Of a stretch of DNA of 64,000 nucleotides, positions 12,492 to 24,779 are shown one piece after another. The notes below the pieces were generated by a model. That model did no database searches. It was not told the DNA's origin and worked only from the letters and a program-made list of their open reading frames with translations. Each line of letters starts with the position of its first letter. Position 1 is the first letter of the stretch. The stretch comes from Adineta vaga (taxonomy: Eukaryota > Animalia > Rotifera). Location: NCBI GenBank assembly GCA_021613535.1, contig CP075493.1, positions 14,446,001 through 14,510,000 of the forward strand, read 5' to 3'. The translations under genes and the position numbers were made by a program.

Positions 12492-12760
12492 GTTTTGATA
12501 ACAGCTGGCTTAATACGAATAGATATTGATGATGCGAATGATGATTTTGAAGAAAAATTTAAATAGTTATACAATCGAATACGTGTGATGATTAGTAATC
12601 CGCCATCTTTACAAAATATACACGAGACAAATTCAAGAAAATCTACATCAATGTCTCATGTATTGAGCATTTATTATGATGAAAAGAATGAAAAATGTAA
12701 ATACATTCATTCGAGATTTTCTATAGAAATTTATGACATATTCTTTTCGTATTAAAAACT
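12492..12760 (+). pseudogene. Decayed coding exon, possibly the end of a TIR-like domain
   Basis: After an AG acceptor at about 12491: 'LITAGLIRIDIDDANDDFEEKFK*LYNRI'. Resembles the TIR_2 end motif 'L..G.LYIDF...FE.K..EL'; contains an in-frame stop. Confidence 0.35.
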
Positions 12761-13089
12761 CCTAAGAATTCCAAATGTAAATTTTGATTGCATAGCAGCT
12801 TCTCAAGATTTGAACGAGTCTGTAACATCAAATAATATTTTGGATGTATTCAGAGAAGAAGAAGTTGATAATTCATCGAGTGATTATAGTGAATATGAAT
12901 CATGACCGAAGACAACATCAGATTTATTTCATGATGATATATTCATATGGAATTCATCAAATAGTTCTGATTAAGATAAATCAGATGATTGAGAATTGCG
13001 ATTTATAGAATTTTTTTCAATAATTATTTGTTCTATTTTGATTCTTTTTTCGTTATAAAAGAAACATCTTCGTCTACATCTTGGATTAT

Positions 13090-13154
13090 AGTCAGTATAC
13101 GGCCCATTTTTATGCCATAATTAGGCGTATACGGACCGTATCGTTCGACCTGGG
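13090..13154. mobile_element. Short MITE terminal fragment (...TTCGACCTGGG)
   Basis: TATACGG repeats and the same CCTGGG terminus as at 12441. Confidence 0.55.
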
Positions 13155-13167
13155 ATTCAATCACATG

Positions 13168-13608
13168 AAAGAGAATTATTCCACAGTCACACCGATACCG
13201 ATCATTGATCATTTAAATGTTGATGATTTAAAGAATTTTCTTCAAGTTATCGAATATTCAAATCTTTCAATGAATTTATATGCAAATAATTCAGATGAAG
13301 ATTGTGGATCAGAAATTATATCAGATTTAAGTATTATATTGGATCGGAATACAACACCACCATTCTTTTGTATGGTTCAATATTATGGAGCTGAAAATGA
13401 ACTTGATGGTGAGACGCGAAATTTCGAACCACAATTAATGTTCATCTATGATTTCGATAAAAAATGGTGGGATATAATCGACAATCGATCATCAGATTTC
13501 CAGTCAAGCCATATAAGCAAGATGTTGAATCAATTTAATCCATCGACTGGAAATCTACAGCAATTAAAAGATCAAATTATGAATTGTTTGCGATCGATTG
13601 AAGATTAA
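13168..13608 (+). CDS. Uncharacterised ORF, probably a last exon
   Basis: 147-codon open frame with coding-like composition; the 5' part of the ORF-track call is MITE sequence. Confidence 0.45.
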   Translation, partial: KENYSTVTPIPIIDHLNVDDLKNFLQVIEYSNLSMNLYANNSDEDCGSEIISDLSIILDRNTTPPFFCMVQYYGAENELDGETRNFEPQLMFIYDFDKKWWDIIDNRSSDFQSSHISKMLNQFNPSTGNLQQLKDQIMNCLRSIED

Positions 13609-14299
13609 ATTTTTATTGAGCATTATTTTCTTTACTCTTTTCTCCCATATTTTATTGATGCGTTGTAACTTTATTTGTTTTTTTTCTATTGTTCAACGGT
13701 ATGTTCTTTTCTTTCTTATTTCTTTTCTTTTAATACATGTCACATATGTATAGATCTTTTCAATCCTCTCTTTCTAATGTATATTGTGCCAACATACTAT
13801 ATGTTTGGCATGCACAGTATAACGTTTCGATTTTTGGAGAAGATATAGACATCTTTTCTTATTCACAGATTTATTTGTCCTCATCTTTAGTTTAGCCTTA
13901 TAGGTCCTAATGCGTATAACTAAAGAATCATTCAAGCATTGCAAATTGATCTGACCCCTGGAGTAGTACTAGATCAGAACAGTATTACGTAAGAAGTCAT
14001 CATTATTTGCAAGATTACATTTTCAATCAAAAGTGCATCCCAACTGAGATGTCAATCTATCTATTTCTTATGTTCAATCTTGACGTTATATCTCCATTAA
14101 TGAATTATAAGATAGAATAGAGAGAAAGGGTGCGATAGAGAAAAAGATAAAAGAAATGAATAGTTAGTTGTTAGTAAGTGGAACTGAAGAACATTCACAA
14201 GAAGAATTATCTAGTAGAGTTACATCATGACGTGCAACACCAGAACAAAATCGCACCAGTGTACCTCATAATTACTACATTAGTATTCGTTTATTCATA

Positions 14300-14910
14300 C
14301 AGGGTTTGCCATAACGATAGATCCCCCTTTATCATGTTGAAGAAAATTTAGTTTGCGTTTTCAGAAGACGTCTTTTTTCCAGTATGTATATTTGCTAGAT
14401 AGACAAATATATGCACTATACGCATATATTCCACCATCTGTTGTGAACCCACTATTGTGATTGGTGAAACCGAGTTGAATGATGAAGAAATCGACGGATA
14501 TAAATTTGATTCTTTCGATTAAGTATTTCGTAATTAATTTCATTAGAAAAAACAACGCTTGACTAATCGAGCACTGACCATCAAAAGCAACTTAGATGTT
14601 CGTAACACGATCTATGTCGATGTATGATGCCATATTAAATTCTTGAAGAATACGACTCATTGTTGATTGACTAACAGATAAATTTAAACTCGTAAAGAAT
14701 ATCGAACAAGATCAGTTAATGAGCGTGTATGATCTAGTAGTTGTTGGAGTTTAATTAATCGTCGTTCAGGTTTTGTGTCAATTGTATGAAATTCATCAAA
14801 TTTACGAATTATTCGACGAATAGAACGTCGAGAAATGTGTAATCGGCAAGATATTTCGTGTTGAGAAATTCCTATATCACGTATAAGGATTATATTCTTT
14901 TTCACATCTA
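14300..14910 (-). mobile_element. Degenerate Tc1-family transposon
   Basis: N-terminal HTH 'GISQHEISCRLHISRRSIRRIIRKFDEFHTIDTKP..ERRLIKL'; TA-CAGGGTTTGCC terminus at 14298-14310; heavily deleted. Confidence 0.7.
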
Positions 14911-14919
14911 TATGAATGG

Positions 14920-15125
14920 ACTTTCCACTTTCTCCAACTCAACTTGATATGGCTATGTCCTACAACAATATCGGTTTAGTATACGAGAAAATGCATGACT
15001 ATTTCAAAAACATATTCATTTTATAAACATGCTCTAGACGTTGGACAATAATCGCTATCTATACAGAGCATCATAGTCTTCAAAACTACAGAAATAATCT
15101 CGAACGTTTAGAAACAAAATTATGA
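14920..15125 (+). pseudogene. C-terminal TPR-repeat fragment
   Basis: 'DMAMSYNNIGLVYEKMHDY...YKHALDVGQ...LQNYRNNLERL', with frameshifts and a stop. Confidence 0.75.
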
Positions 15126-15815
15126 TTTATATTTATTTAAAATGTAGATGTAGATGAAATTGAATAGTTGAACAATCACATATTGATTTTATACGAATAT
15201 TTCTGCTTCATTAAATAATAGATATTTCAGAAGTAATACATTATTCTAAATTTTAGCTCAGACTTCTCTTATATGAGAAGTAATTCAATACATAATTTTT
15301 CGTGTTGTTTCATTCTTTGAAAATAAATCAATTAAATAATTAAAGCTATTAATGCAAATTAAATTTTCTTAAAATCCTTTAGATCTTTGAATAAATTGAT
15401 CATTAAGATCATCTTGAGTCAATGGTTTCCAGTTAATTTTTTGTTAAATTATTCTTGTGAAATATTCGATCAATAACATGAGATATGCTCGATTTGGATG
15501 ATGATATATAAAATAAATCAAACATATGTCGAAGAAATTCTTTCATTTCATCACATAAAAGATATTTTACAAGAGAAAAAAATATATGACAGATGTTTTT
15601 CAATGATTTATATATATATATATATCAGAAAAAAGAATGTTCGAAATGAAATTGTCCCAACAATTGACTTCGAGTAATTAGATAATGTGATTTATTTGTT
15701 CATTTTTATTCAACAATCAGTTCAAATAAATGACATAGAATTTGTTGTCAATAGTTCTTGAGTCATATTGACCTTTTCTTTTTTTATTTTTTTAAATAGG
15801 ACTATAAAAGTATAT

Positions 15816-16720
15816 TTAGGAAATAGTTAGAGATAATTGCTTTGAACAAAAATTAGAATTATGGTCAGGAGAAATGATGTGATCTGATTTTCTAAAAATA
15901 AAGAAAAAAGTGAGAGAAGAAAGTGGTGAAAAAAAACGTTTACTTTGAGAATTATTCGAAGGAATCAATGTTCGAGTTGCATTAAGACATTTGTTACGAT
16001 TTGAATTACAATTATCTTGAGTACAAAAACAGATTTGTTGAGAGACTTCCTTCAACAGAACCTCTTGTTTCATTTATAAGGCGATAAAATTAAGAGGAAC
16101 TTTCATTGTAGGAAAGTCGAACTCGAAAAGAATCTTGTAAATCATAAATAAGTTTGAGTTCATTGATTATAAGTGAGCAATAATCATGTTCAGATAATGC
16201 TACTGATAGAATATGATTACTTTCAAGAACAGTTGCACATAAAGCTGCACTTGTATTCATATATTCATCACAGTTTGCTACATTCATTTAAGGATCATTC
16301 GGATTAATACAATGATAACTTGTTAGCATTGAATCTCGTGAAAATATCTTTGAATTCACACATAAAACTGATGTTTTCAATTGAGGAAGTATAATGATGG
16401 TAAATTCGATGGTGCTGTATTTTATTCATTTTCATTATGAACAGATGATCGACATGTTTCATATGGAAGTGGTGAACACACACCATAACCAATATCAATT
16501 CCATCAGAAAAACTCTTATATGTACTTGTTACTTGAATACAATCACGAAGAATGGTTGCATTTGTACTATTATTAAAATATTGATAAACACAATATTCAC
16601 AGTTTGTTGCATTGAAATCATCGTAGTGACATGTTAAATTTAAGCGATTCTCTGTTTGATTTCTGATCATAAACTGATTGATATTCATAAATCCTTCACT
16701 TTTATTGTGATTAAGAAGAA
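15816..16720 (-). pseudogene. Cys-rich extracellular protein (Ly6/three-finger-like motifs), fragmented
   Basis: 'LTCHY..NCEYC..ILRDC..GVC' and 'ICFCTQDNCN', split across several frames with stops. Confidence 0.5.
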
Positions 16721-16998
16721 GAAGAAAACTTTGATTTACACAGATTTTTATTGAGACATATAAATATTTTAAATGCAGTTAATTATAGCAATCATCTTTT
16801 ATTTTCAAAGATAATCATATTCACACGCAATGACAACAAAAGGTATCGATCACTTTGACACAAAGAAAAAGAACCCACTTTTATAGACCTTGGCAGACAT
16901 CTATATTACTATTTTCTATTCAACGACGTGATTCGCTATCATATAAACTTCGTTTATTTTTTCTTTTCTTTAATCAATCATCGATTGAAATTGAAATC

Positions 16999-17445
16999 AT
17001 GTCTACCTCATTACGTCCATTTGTTGGTATTGGTATTATTGTTGTTTATCCTAATCGTTATCCTAATTGCGTACTTGTTTCCCAACGTTTAACAAGTCAT
17101 GGAAAAGGTGGATATCAATTACCTGGTGGTCATTTAGAATATGGTGAATCATTTGAAGAATGTGCACAAAGAGAACTGCAAGAAGAAACAAATCTTTCGT
17201 GTTCCTCATTTAAATTAGTTCATGTAACAAATACAATTTTTTCACAAGAAGATGGACAATCGAAACATTATGTGACACTTTTTATGAGAACATCAGTTGA
17301 TGATGATTCAGCATTAAAATGTATGGAACCACATAAAAATTCTGAATGGACTTGGACAAAATGGACGGATTTAAAAACAATGAAACTATTTGCACCACTT
17401 GAACAAGCTGTTAATGATGCTAATTTTAATCCATTTGATGGATAG
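16999..17445 (+). CDS. Nudix hydrolase (NUDT15/MutT-like), intronless
   Basis: Nudix box 'GGHLEYGESFEECAQRELQEETNL'; 'RPFVGIG', 'HYVTLFM', 'MEPHKNSEWTW', 'LFAPL'. Confidence 0.92.
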   Translation: MSTSLRPFVGIGIIVVYPNRYPNCVLVSQRLTSHGKGGYQLPGGHLEYGESFEECAQRELQEETNLSCSSFKLVHVTNTIFSQEDGQSKHYVTLFMRTSVDDDSALKCMEPHKNSEWTWTKWTDLKTMKLFAPLEQAVNDANFNPFDG

Positions 17446-17499
17446 TTTTTTTTCTCTCACTTCCAATTCAAAAATTCTTTTGAAATAAACTTTATTTTT

Positions 17500-18990
17500 T
17501 TAGAATTAATCGTTACACGAGTATTGTCTATTCTTGTAGAAATGATGAATTCGATTTGCATCGTGAACAATTAATTTTGTTGATTGATCTACTTAGAAAA
17601 AACCACAAACTCGAAGATTATTCGTAATTTGAATTTGAGATGTAGTAGGATTGACAACGAAATTCCATGCTATAGCAAGTCTTTCACTATGTCCACAAAG
17701 AACCGATTCAACAGTTTCATCTTGATCTAATGGTCGCGTAACTCAACTTGAATTATATTAATGGCCATGCTCATTCAGTTAATCTTTTGCAATTTTTTCA
17801 ACTTCATCATAGATTTCTTTCGATTGAGGATGAGATGAATCATTAGTTCGAAACATCTATTTATTCAAAATGAATGATATAGAATTCTCAATAGAATTAC
17901 TTATATATATTTAACCATTCAATTTAGTATAAGAAATACCACTTGGTTTTTTTGAAACCAATTTGATTTAATCTTTTTTTTATTTTTAATGATTTATCCA
18001 TTTGACCTGCAGATGCATAAACATTAGCAAGAAGAAACGATGCTGCAACAACTCGATCTTTAAGTTGAGGAAAATGTTTTTGAAGATGATTGAACGTTTT
18101 TTCTGCTAAATTAGAATTTTTCAGATTTCGAGCACCAGATAACAATGCCACTAGAAACAAAACAGTTAGTCTAATCAAGAAATTAAAAGAAATATTTACT
18201 AAGCATTCTTGGTGACGATGAATGATTTGATTCATAAATATCGATAATCTATTCAGCTTCTATAAAAAGAGATGAACGACTAAAACAATCGACCTAAAAT
18301 TCAATGAAATAAATATCACAAATACAGTTTTCTTTTGATTGACCATCGTTGTACAAATATTTTCTGTCGGATTTCTTATCTTCGAAAATATCTTTTGAGC
18401 TTCTTCCACCAATCCTGAATGTGAACATGCATTTGAAACACAAACATACGTTTCTTCAAGAGTTAATTTCGATGGCATTTGATGAATCATTACATTTGAT
18501 AAAGACATTGAAAACAGTTGTTAATATATATCGATCAATTTGATAATGACATGGAAGATTTGAAAAGACTTTCTTAACTAAATTTAATGTTTCTCTATTT
18601 CCAATTTGTGCACATGTATGAAACAATAACGAAACATTTTTTGGACTAGGATTTGACATTTGAAAGGAAATATCAATTGCTTTGTGTTCCTGATTATTTT
18701 AGATGTAACCTTGCATCATGGCATCGTAAATACCAACTGTTTTATTTTTCAATTTTTGAAAACTTTTCTCAGCATTTTTTATGTCTTTTGATTGAACTAA
18801 ATATATGATATGCAATTAGGTATCGAATTAGAAATGACGTATTGTTTTTTTCTATTAAAGATGAGTGTCATTGATGAAGATTAAAACCAGCTTGAAAATC
18901 TCTCATATTCATAAAATAATTCTAAAGCTTTTTGAAATTGTTTCATATCATTAAGTTTTTTCAGACACCGAATAAACTTTTAAACAAGTG
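17500..18990 (-). pseudogene. PPR-DYW (cytidine deaminase-like) protein pseudogene
   Basis: PPR/E motifs 'NACSHSGLVEEAQKIF', 'LLANVYASAG'; DYW domain 'HPQSKEIY...LCGHSERLAIAWNF...NLRVCG...DANRIHHF...CND*F'; several stops and deletions. Confidence 0.92.
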
Positions 18991-19669
18991 ACCTAAGCCA
19001 ATAAAATTATAATAAGATATGCAAAAAGATGTCACTCGACAACGTAACTATCAATACGCGAACGAAAACTCATATAATATTCTTATATGATGTTTTATTT
19101 TGTTTATTTATCTGAAAGATTCAATATCTGCATTTAAGTAAAGCAATTATTCATCTTTAAATTACAAATTGTTAGTTAGATTTATCTTCATTAGACTTCA
19201 TGGTCTAACTCGAAAAATGATAAAAATAAGAGAATTTTATTCCTGAAAATACATTGACGTCATTCATATATTCGTTGGATTCAGTTACATTAATATAATG
19301 ATAAACTTGTGTGCGTATAAAGAAATTGAGCCTATTCTTACTCTTTTATATATATTATACTTATGTTGGTGGTTTTTTATTAATTAATTATATCAAAAAG
19401 TAATCGTATAGTAAATCACATGTAATACAATATTCTTATTCTTTTGTCCGCACTTCGTACTTTCTTCCGATACTTTGCCCTCAAGCACTTTATCTTGCCG
19501 TCATTGTTCTGTACTTCTATGCATTTTCATTCTCTCTAATCAATGGGTATATAAGCGTATGTTTTGAATAAGAAAGATGCGGTATACATATAAATTTTAC
19601 TCTCAAGCATAAAATATTTATATTCTTTTTTTTCTGATTTTTCAGATTAACAACGAATAATTGTTTGAT

Positions 19670-20376
19670 ATGGTGCAAGTAAAATTTACTCGAAACAAAT
19701 CGACAGATCGGAATTAGAAAATATTCTTCAATCCGATACTTGTCTATTTCCTTCTAGCTTAACATTACAAACACTTCAAAGTTGGTATGATACGAATCCA
19801 ATCAATTTCATTAACTATTATACATACAATCAATCCTCTTCCCAAATACTTCTCGGGATGTCAATATCTTTTCCAATGAAAGCAACATTTTGGAAAAAGT
19901 TAATTACAGGAGATCTCAAAGAACATGAAATTACAGATGATATGATATTAGAACAAAATTCTTCATTCTATTCTTTAGACAATGAACAAGAAAATGATGA
20001 ATACGGAATACATATTTGGCATATAAAGAAATTAGAATTGTGGAATAAGTTTTGTTTAACAAATTTCAGAGACAGATTTTGGTCTGATTTACAGTATTCT
20101 GTTTCCGTTTTAAATTCGAAAAGAATGAAATGTATTGGATTTTCGAGTTTATGTGCCACTGATGAAGGAACTCGAGCTATGAAAAAACTCGGATTTGATC
20201 TTCAAGGTTATTATGATTTTATTGTTCAAAATAGAGAAGGAGAAGTTAGGGTTATTCATTCGACAAATTTCAATGAACAGATTTTCAAAAATGAAGATGA
20301 GTGGAAAACAATCTTCAAATGTGGAGTATATACTAAATGTATTGAGGAAAATAATCTGTGTATTCTCAGTGTATGA
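19670..20376 (+). CDS. GNAT-fold acetyltransferase-like protein (5' end possibly frameshifted)
   Basis: The frame is open well upstream of 19858 ('ELENILQSDTCLFPSSL..WY'). 'IHIWHI' strand and 'LCATDEGTRAMKKLGF' resemble GNAT motif B. The ATG at 19670 is out of frame by 1. Confidence 0.5.
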
Positions 20377-20593
20377 AATGAATTGTATCATTTAGAAAGA
20401 ATAAAAGAAAAAAATGCTAAAAAACTAAAAGTATTTACACACATTACTTTTACGATTAGAATTGATGAAGAACAAAAACTTACTTTCATTTTATAAATGA
20501 AGAAAAGATAAGATTTGTTTGAGTATGTTTGCATGCTCTCATATGTAAACGATAAATATACTTTTCGCAGTTTTCAACAAGTCGTGCATCGAA

Positions 20594-22669
20594 ATGTATC
20601 ATTATTTCAATATATCCGTTATAATTATAATCATTAATCTTACAGTAAATTCTTCAACAAATGGAAACTTCACCAAATTAAAATCCATTTCTTATGAACA
20701 CATTGAATCAAAAACGTTATTTCTGAATAGTATATCATCACAACCAGAAGTTTGTTTATCATCGAATAAAAAGGCTCTTTCAATCTACTCAAATATTACT
20801 TTCACATTACTCGTTAAATGTAATTTTGTGAAAGAGAAATCGTTTGAAATCGAAACAAACTTAAACACTTATATATACCAATTAAAAGAAATTGTCCAAC
20901 AACGGACTGGATATCCTCGTGATCAACAACGATTACACTTTGTTTCACATACATATTTTGACTTGCATAAAAACTTACAAGACAACCATAAATTAGGTGA
21001 TTATATAACTATTATGAATAACACATGCCAATATATTTTAAGAGTTTATAAACGAAAAGAAAAGAGAAATTTTATATTTGATTCCATTCCCAATGTAACA
21101 CATTATGAATATGTTCAAATGAGTTCTCATGTTTATCAACCAAATGAACCATTTCTCGATGGTTGGTATGTTAAACAATATAATTTACCAAATAAGAATG
21201 GTTTATCTCTTACTGCTTATATCAATCCTGAACGTCATCAATGTGTCATATCAATTCGAGGAACTGATTTAACTTCAAGTTTTTTCGATAATCCCATCAC
21301 TGATTTACGTTTATTATTTACTAATCAAGCAATAGATACATTCGATTCTGCTCGTCTGTTATTATTTCATGATAAATTTTTACATATTCCACGTAAGAAT
21401 GGCAATCCATATGTGATATCCTTTACAGGACATAGTCTAGGAGCAGCAATTGCTGAAAGTTTTGCTTGTGCTTATAAAGCTTATGCTGTTACATTTGATT
21501 CTCCTGGAACAAAACATATTTTAGAGAATGATCCATCTTGTCGGACGAATATAGAAGTTGGCTACAATCTAACAGAACATATTCACATATATTTGGGTGC
21601 GTATGCTAATTTAATTAATATTGCTAATCCACAATCTGGTCGAGTTATTTATCTTAAACAATTTGGTACTGGCAATGATACAAGACCAGCGAAGTTTTTC
21701 TATATTCAATCTCCAGCAGCTGGTGTTTATATGGCTGCTTGTATATTTGCAAATATTATTGATAAAAACATGTTCAGATTGGGTCTATGGTTTACTATTG
21801 GATATTTTCTCCAGGAATCTTCTATTCTTTATTCTTTGAATGATTTAATCAATCGAAACTTGAATATGTCGGTTACATGGAATTATCTTCTTACTGAATT
21901 ACCATTTATTATTGTGGTTTATCTTCTATGTCAATCAGTTAGTTCATTAGCTGATTCAATAGAATATCATGTGAATCAAATATGGAATTATCTTTCATTA
22001 AAAACCCTACCATTCGTAGGTAAAATCATCATTTTCCTCGAAGAAAAGATGAATCTTAATCGTGTTATTTATCGATTTACATTGTTATATTTGTATCTTC
22101 TTCTATCAATTTTTATAAGTATTGGTATTCCAATTCTTTGTTATTTAAAATGGTTAGTATCAGCTCATTCAATAACTAAATTTATTGATTCATTCAATCC
22201 TGAAAATGGAATACCTTATCGAGGTGAAATGATTGAACCAATGGAATGGCCTACTTTAGTTGATTATCTAACGAAAATAGCTTCGAGACAATTTCTTTTC
22301 TTTATTTTAATCATTCAAAGTATGAAATTAATTGCATTTCATTTAGTTCCTCAATCGTTTCCTCGATGGTTTCGATTCAATTTGATTTTATTCTTATTTG
22401 TGATGTTTTTTAATATTGATTCGATCGAATATTTAATCCTTGTGTTTATTCTATTCCTATTCATGCTTTTCTCAGCAATTCATCATGATGATCAACATTG
22501 TACAAGAAATATTATATGTTCTACATCTGGCCTATTAGTTATGATGCAACTTATGCACGAAAGACATCAGATACAAAGAATATATTGTGAAATAATCAGT
22601 TGTTCAGTAGTATTACTAATAACATTTCTCAAAAATCTCGATTATTTTAAAAGAATATTTTGTTTATAA
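20594..22669 (+). CDS. Signal peptide + ubiquitin-like domain + class-3 lipase + multi-pass membrane protein, intronless
   Basis: Ubl 'IYQLKEIVQQRTGYPRDQQRLHF...LQDNHKLGDY'; lipase 'VISIRGTD', 'TGHSLGAAIA', 'TFDSPG', 'AHSITKF'; several hydrophobic helices. Confidence 0.85.
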   Translation: MYHYFNISVIIIIINLTVNSSTNGNFTKLKSISYEHIESKTLFLNSISSQPEVCLSSNKKALSIYSNITFTLLVKCNFVKEKSFEIETNLNTYIYQLKEIVQQRTGYPRDQQRLHFVSHTYFDLHKNLQDNHKLGDYITIMNNTCQYILRVYKRKEKRNFIFDSIPNVTHYEYVQMSSHVYQPNEPFLDGWYVKQYNLPNKNGLSLTAYINPERHQCVISIRGTDLTSSFFDNPITDLRLLFTNQAIDTFDSARLLLFHDKFLHIPRKNGNPYVISFTGHSLGAAIAESFACAYKAYAVTFDSPGTKHILENDPSCRTNIEVGYNLTEHIHIYLGAYANLINIANPQSGRVIYLKQFGTGNDTRPAKFFYIQSPAAGVYMAACIFANIIDKNMFRLGLWFTIGYFLQESSILYSLNDLINRNLNMSVTWNYLLTELPFIIVVYLLCQSVSSLADSIEYHVNQIWNYLSLKTLPFVGKIIIFLEEKMNLNRVIYRFTLLYLYLLLSIFISIGIPILCYLKWLVSAHSITKFIDSFNPENGIPYRGEMIEPMEWPTLVDYLTKIASRQFLFFILIIQSMKLIAFHLVPQSFPRWFRFNLILFLFVMFFNIDSIEYLILVFILFLFMLFSAIHHDDQHCTRNIICSTSGLLVMMQLMHERHQIQRIYCEIISCSVVLLITFLKNLDYFKRIFCL

Positions 22670-22703
22670 GTATGATGAAAGATGTAGATACACACAGAAA
22701 TCG

Positions 22704-24530
22704 TTAATCACTGTCATAAATATTATTTTGTATAAGTATCATGTAATTTTGAGAATTTTTCATTTGATAATCTTTACTAATTTCATTTAAATCTAACCCT
22801 TCATAGAATTTATCGAGATAGGTCATAAAAGAATAATCGTCTGCATGTTCTCCAAAATAAATAAATAAGACTTTTACACTCTTGAAATTGTCTAGTATGT
22901 TCATAATTTTATCAGCAAATTTTTCCGGTGCTGAGTAAAACGACTTTATATTCAAATTAATATGTTGTAACTCGCCAAAAGACTGTGAATCTAATAGTAA
23001 TGATGTTTCAATTTTATAATCTGCACCTTCAACCACTTGTGAGAGCATAATCCTATTCATTTCAAATAATTGCTTATCTAATGAACATAAATCATTAAAA
23101 GACACTATTACATAATTTAACTCTCTTATCCAAGAAGTAAACCATTCTTTTCCATATGAAATATCATCCCGCACATATTCAATTATTGTTATATCATCCA
23201 TTTTTATAATCTGTTGTTCTGATTCATCGTCTGTTTTACATGGCAAATTAAACTCCATATCATCAAATCGGACAAAAGTCAATTGTGGCATTTTCATTTT
23301 CAATTCTCTAATGACATTACTGTCATAGTTTTTCACTTGACAAAAGTCAATCGATTAAACATGATGCCATATTTGAAAATTGTTCATTAAAATATCCGTA
23401 TTATTGGATTTAACATCATGAAAACCACCATCAAATCGATGAAGATGATCGAATTGAAATGGTAATGTGTAGAAATATTGATCATGCATTCCAAATGATA
23501 AATTATGATCAAACCAAAATTGATTATTAAATTGTGATATAATTAAATCTTGATTGATTTCATTTTGATATAAACGAGCATAAACATGAAATTGTTTCAA
23601 TTCTTTCATTGATTCTAAGAATTGTTGAAGTTTAGTACTATTAAATGGAATATTATCCGTTGAATCTATATTCAATGGAACTAAATTCAGTGATAAACAG
23701 ATTAATGATGATGAAAATTGTTGTAAAGTATTTGTTAAATGATTAAAATCGATTTTATTATAACTCATTCGAAGTGATCTATACGGATTTTTCTCTAATG
23801 TGAAATATAATGCTTTTAGTTGAATAGGAATTTTAACTATCGATTCGCACTTGTAATAAGGTGGTTCAGATTGAACATTTAAATATTCTAAATTTGGTGT
23901 ATATGCTATCAATTGAAAAATTGTTGAAAAATCAATTAATATTAATGTTAACGAATGTAAATGGAAATTTGTTTGAAAAGAATTCCTATCGATGAAGTGA
24001 AAGAATAATATTCTTGATGAATATTCAAAATTTTTTAATAAATTTTCATGATTAAAAACTTTCATGAGTAGACTTTCCAAATCAGAGATATGATGAAGAT
24101 TATTATATCGATTGCAATATTCATTTTGTTTAATTTCAAAGGAGTGTAAAGATTGAAATTGAGTACTTGATATGATTGATTCGAATTGTTCTTCAGATAA
24201 CTTCGATGACGAAGACATAATTATTGACTTTAAATTTGGAAAATATGTTAATGGAAGAATTAAATTCTTATTATTTATATTTAAACATTCAACATTGGAA
24301 CCAAAAATGGAAAGAAGAGTTTTCCAAATATCTAAATTTCTTGTTGGTAAATCTAATTTTTTTGAATAACAATGATTTTGTATTAATAGATTTTTTAATC
24401 TTTCACTAACGAAAAAGAATGTATAAATAATATCATTATGTGTTAGATAATCAAATATTAAAAAGATAATTTCAGTTGGAAAAAGATCGAACCATGTTGT
24501 TGAATCCATGTTTATCACCGACATAATCAA
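22704..24530 (-). pseudogene. F-box/LRR protein split by a single in-frame TAA
   Basis: F-box 'FDLFPTEIIFLIFDYL'; 'YFYTLPFQF'. The two ORFs share a frame: 'IWHHV*SIDFCQVKNYD'. Confidence 0.85.
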
Positions 24531-24779
24531 AAAGAAATGTCTTGTGATGAATTGACGGTAAAAAAATTCTTATCAGACATCTTTTTATCAATAAGAGACA
24601 TGAAAGGTGTTGGCATAGAAACATAGTTATCTTCATAAACTTTATCCGTATTCTCGATTTTGTAAATGAATGTGAGTTTAAATTCAACAACAAAATTAAT
24701 CTTATCAGAATATTTAATATTGGTTTATAAATATTCATATCCAATAGCTTCCTACGCAAGATACGTATTTCATTATCAT

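Noticed and set aside
16999-17445. Nudix as an ADP-ribose pyrophosphatase partnered with PARG
   Set aside because: Motifs fit NUDT15-like nucleotide sanitisers, and it lies 21 kb from the PARG.
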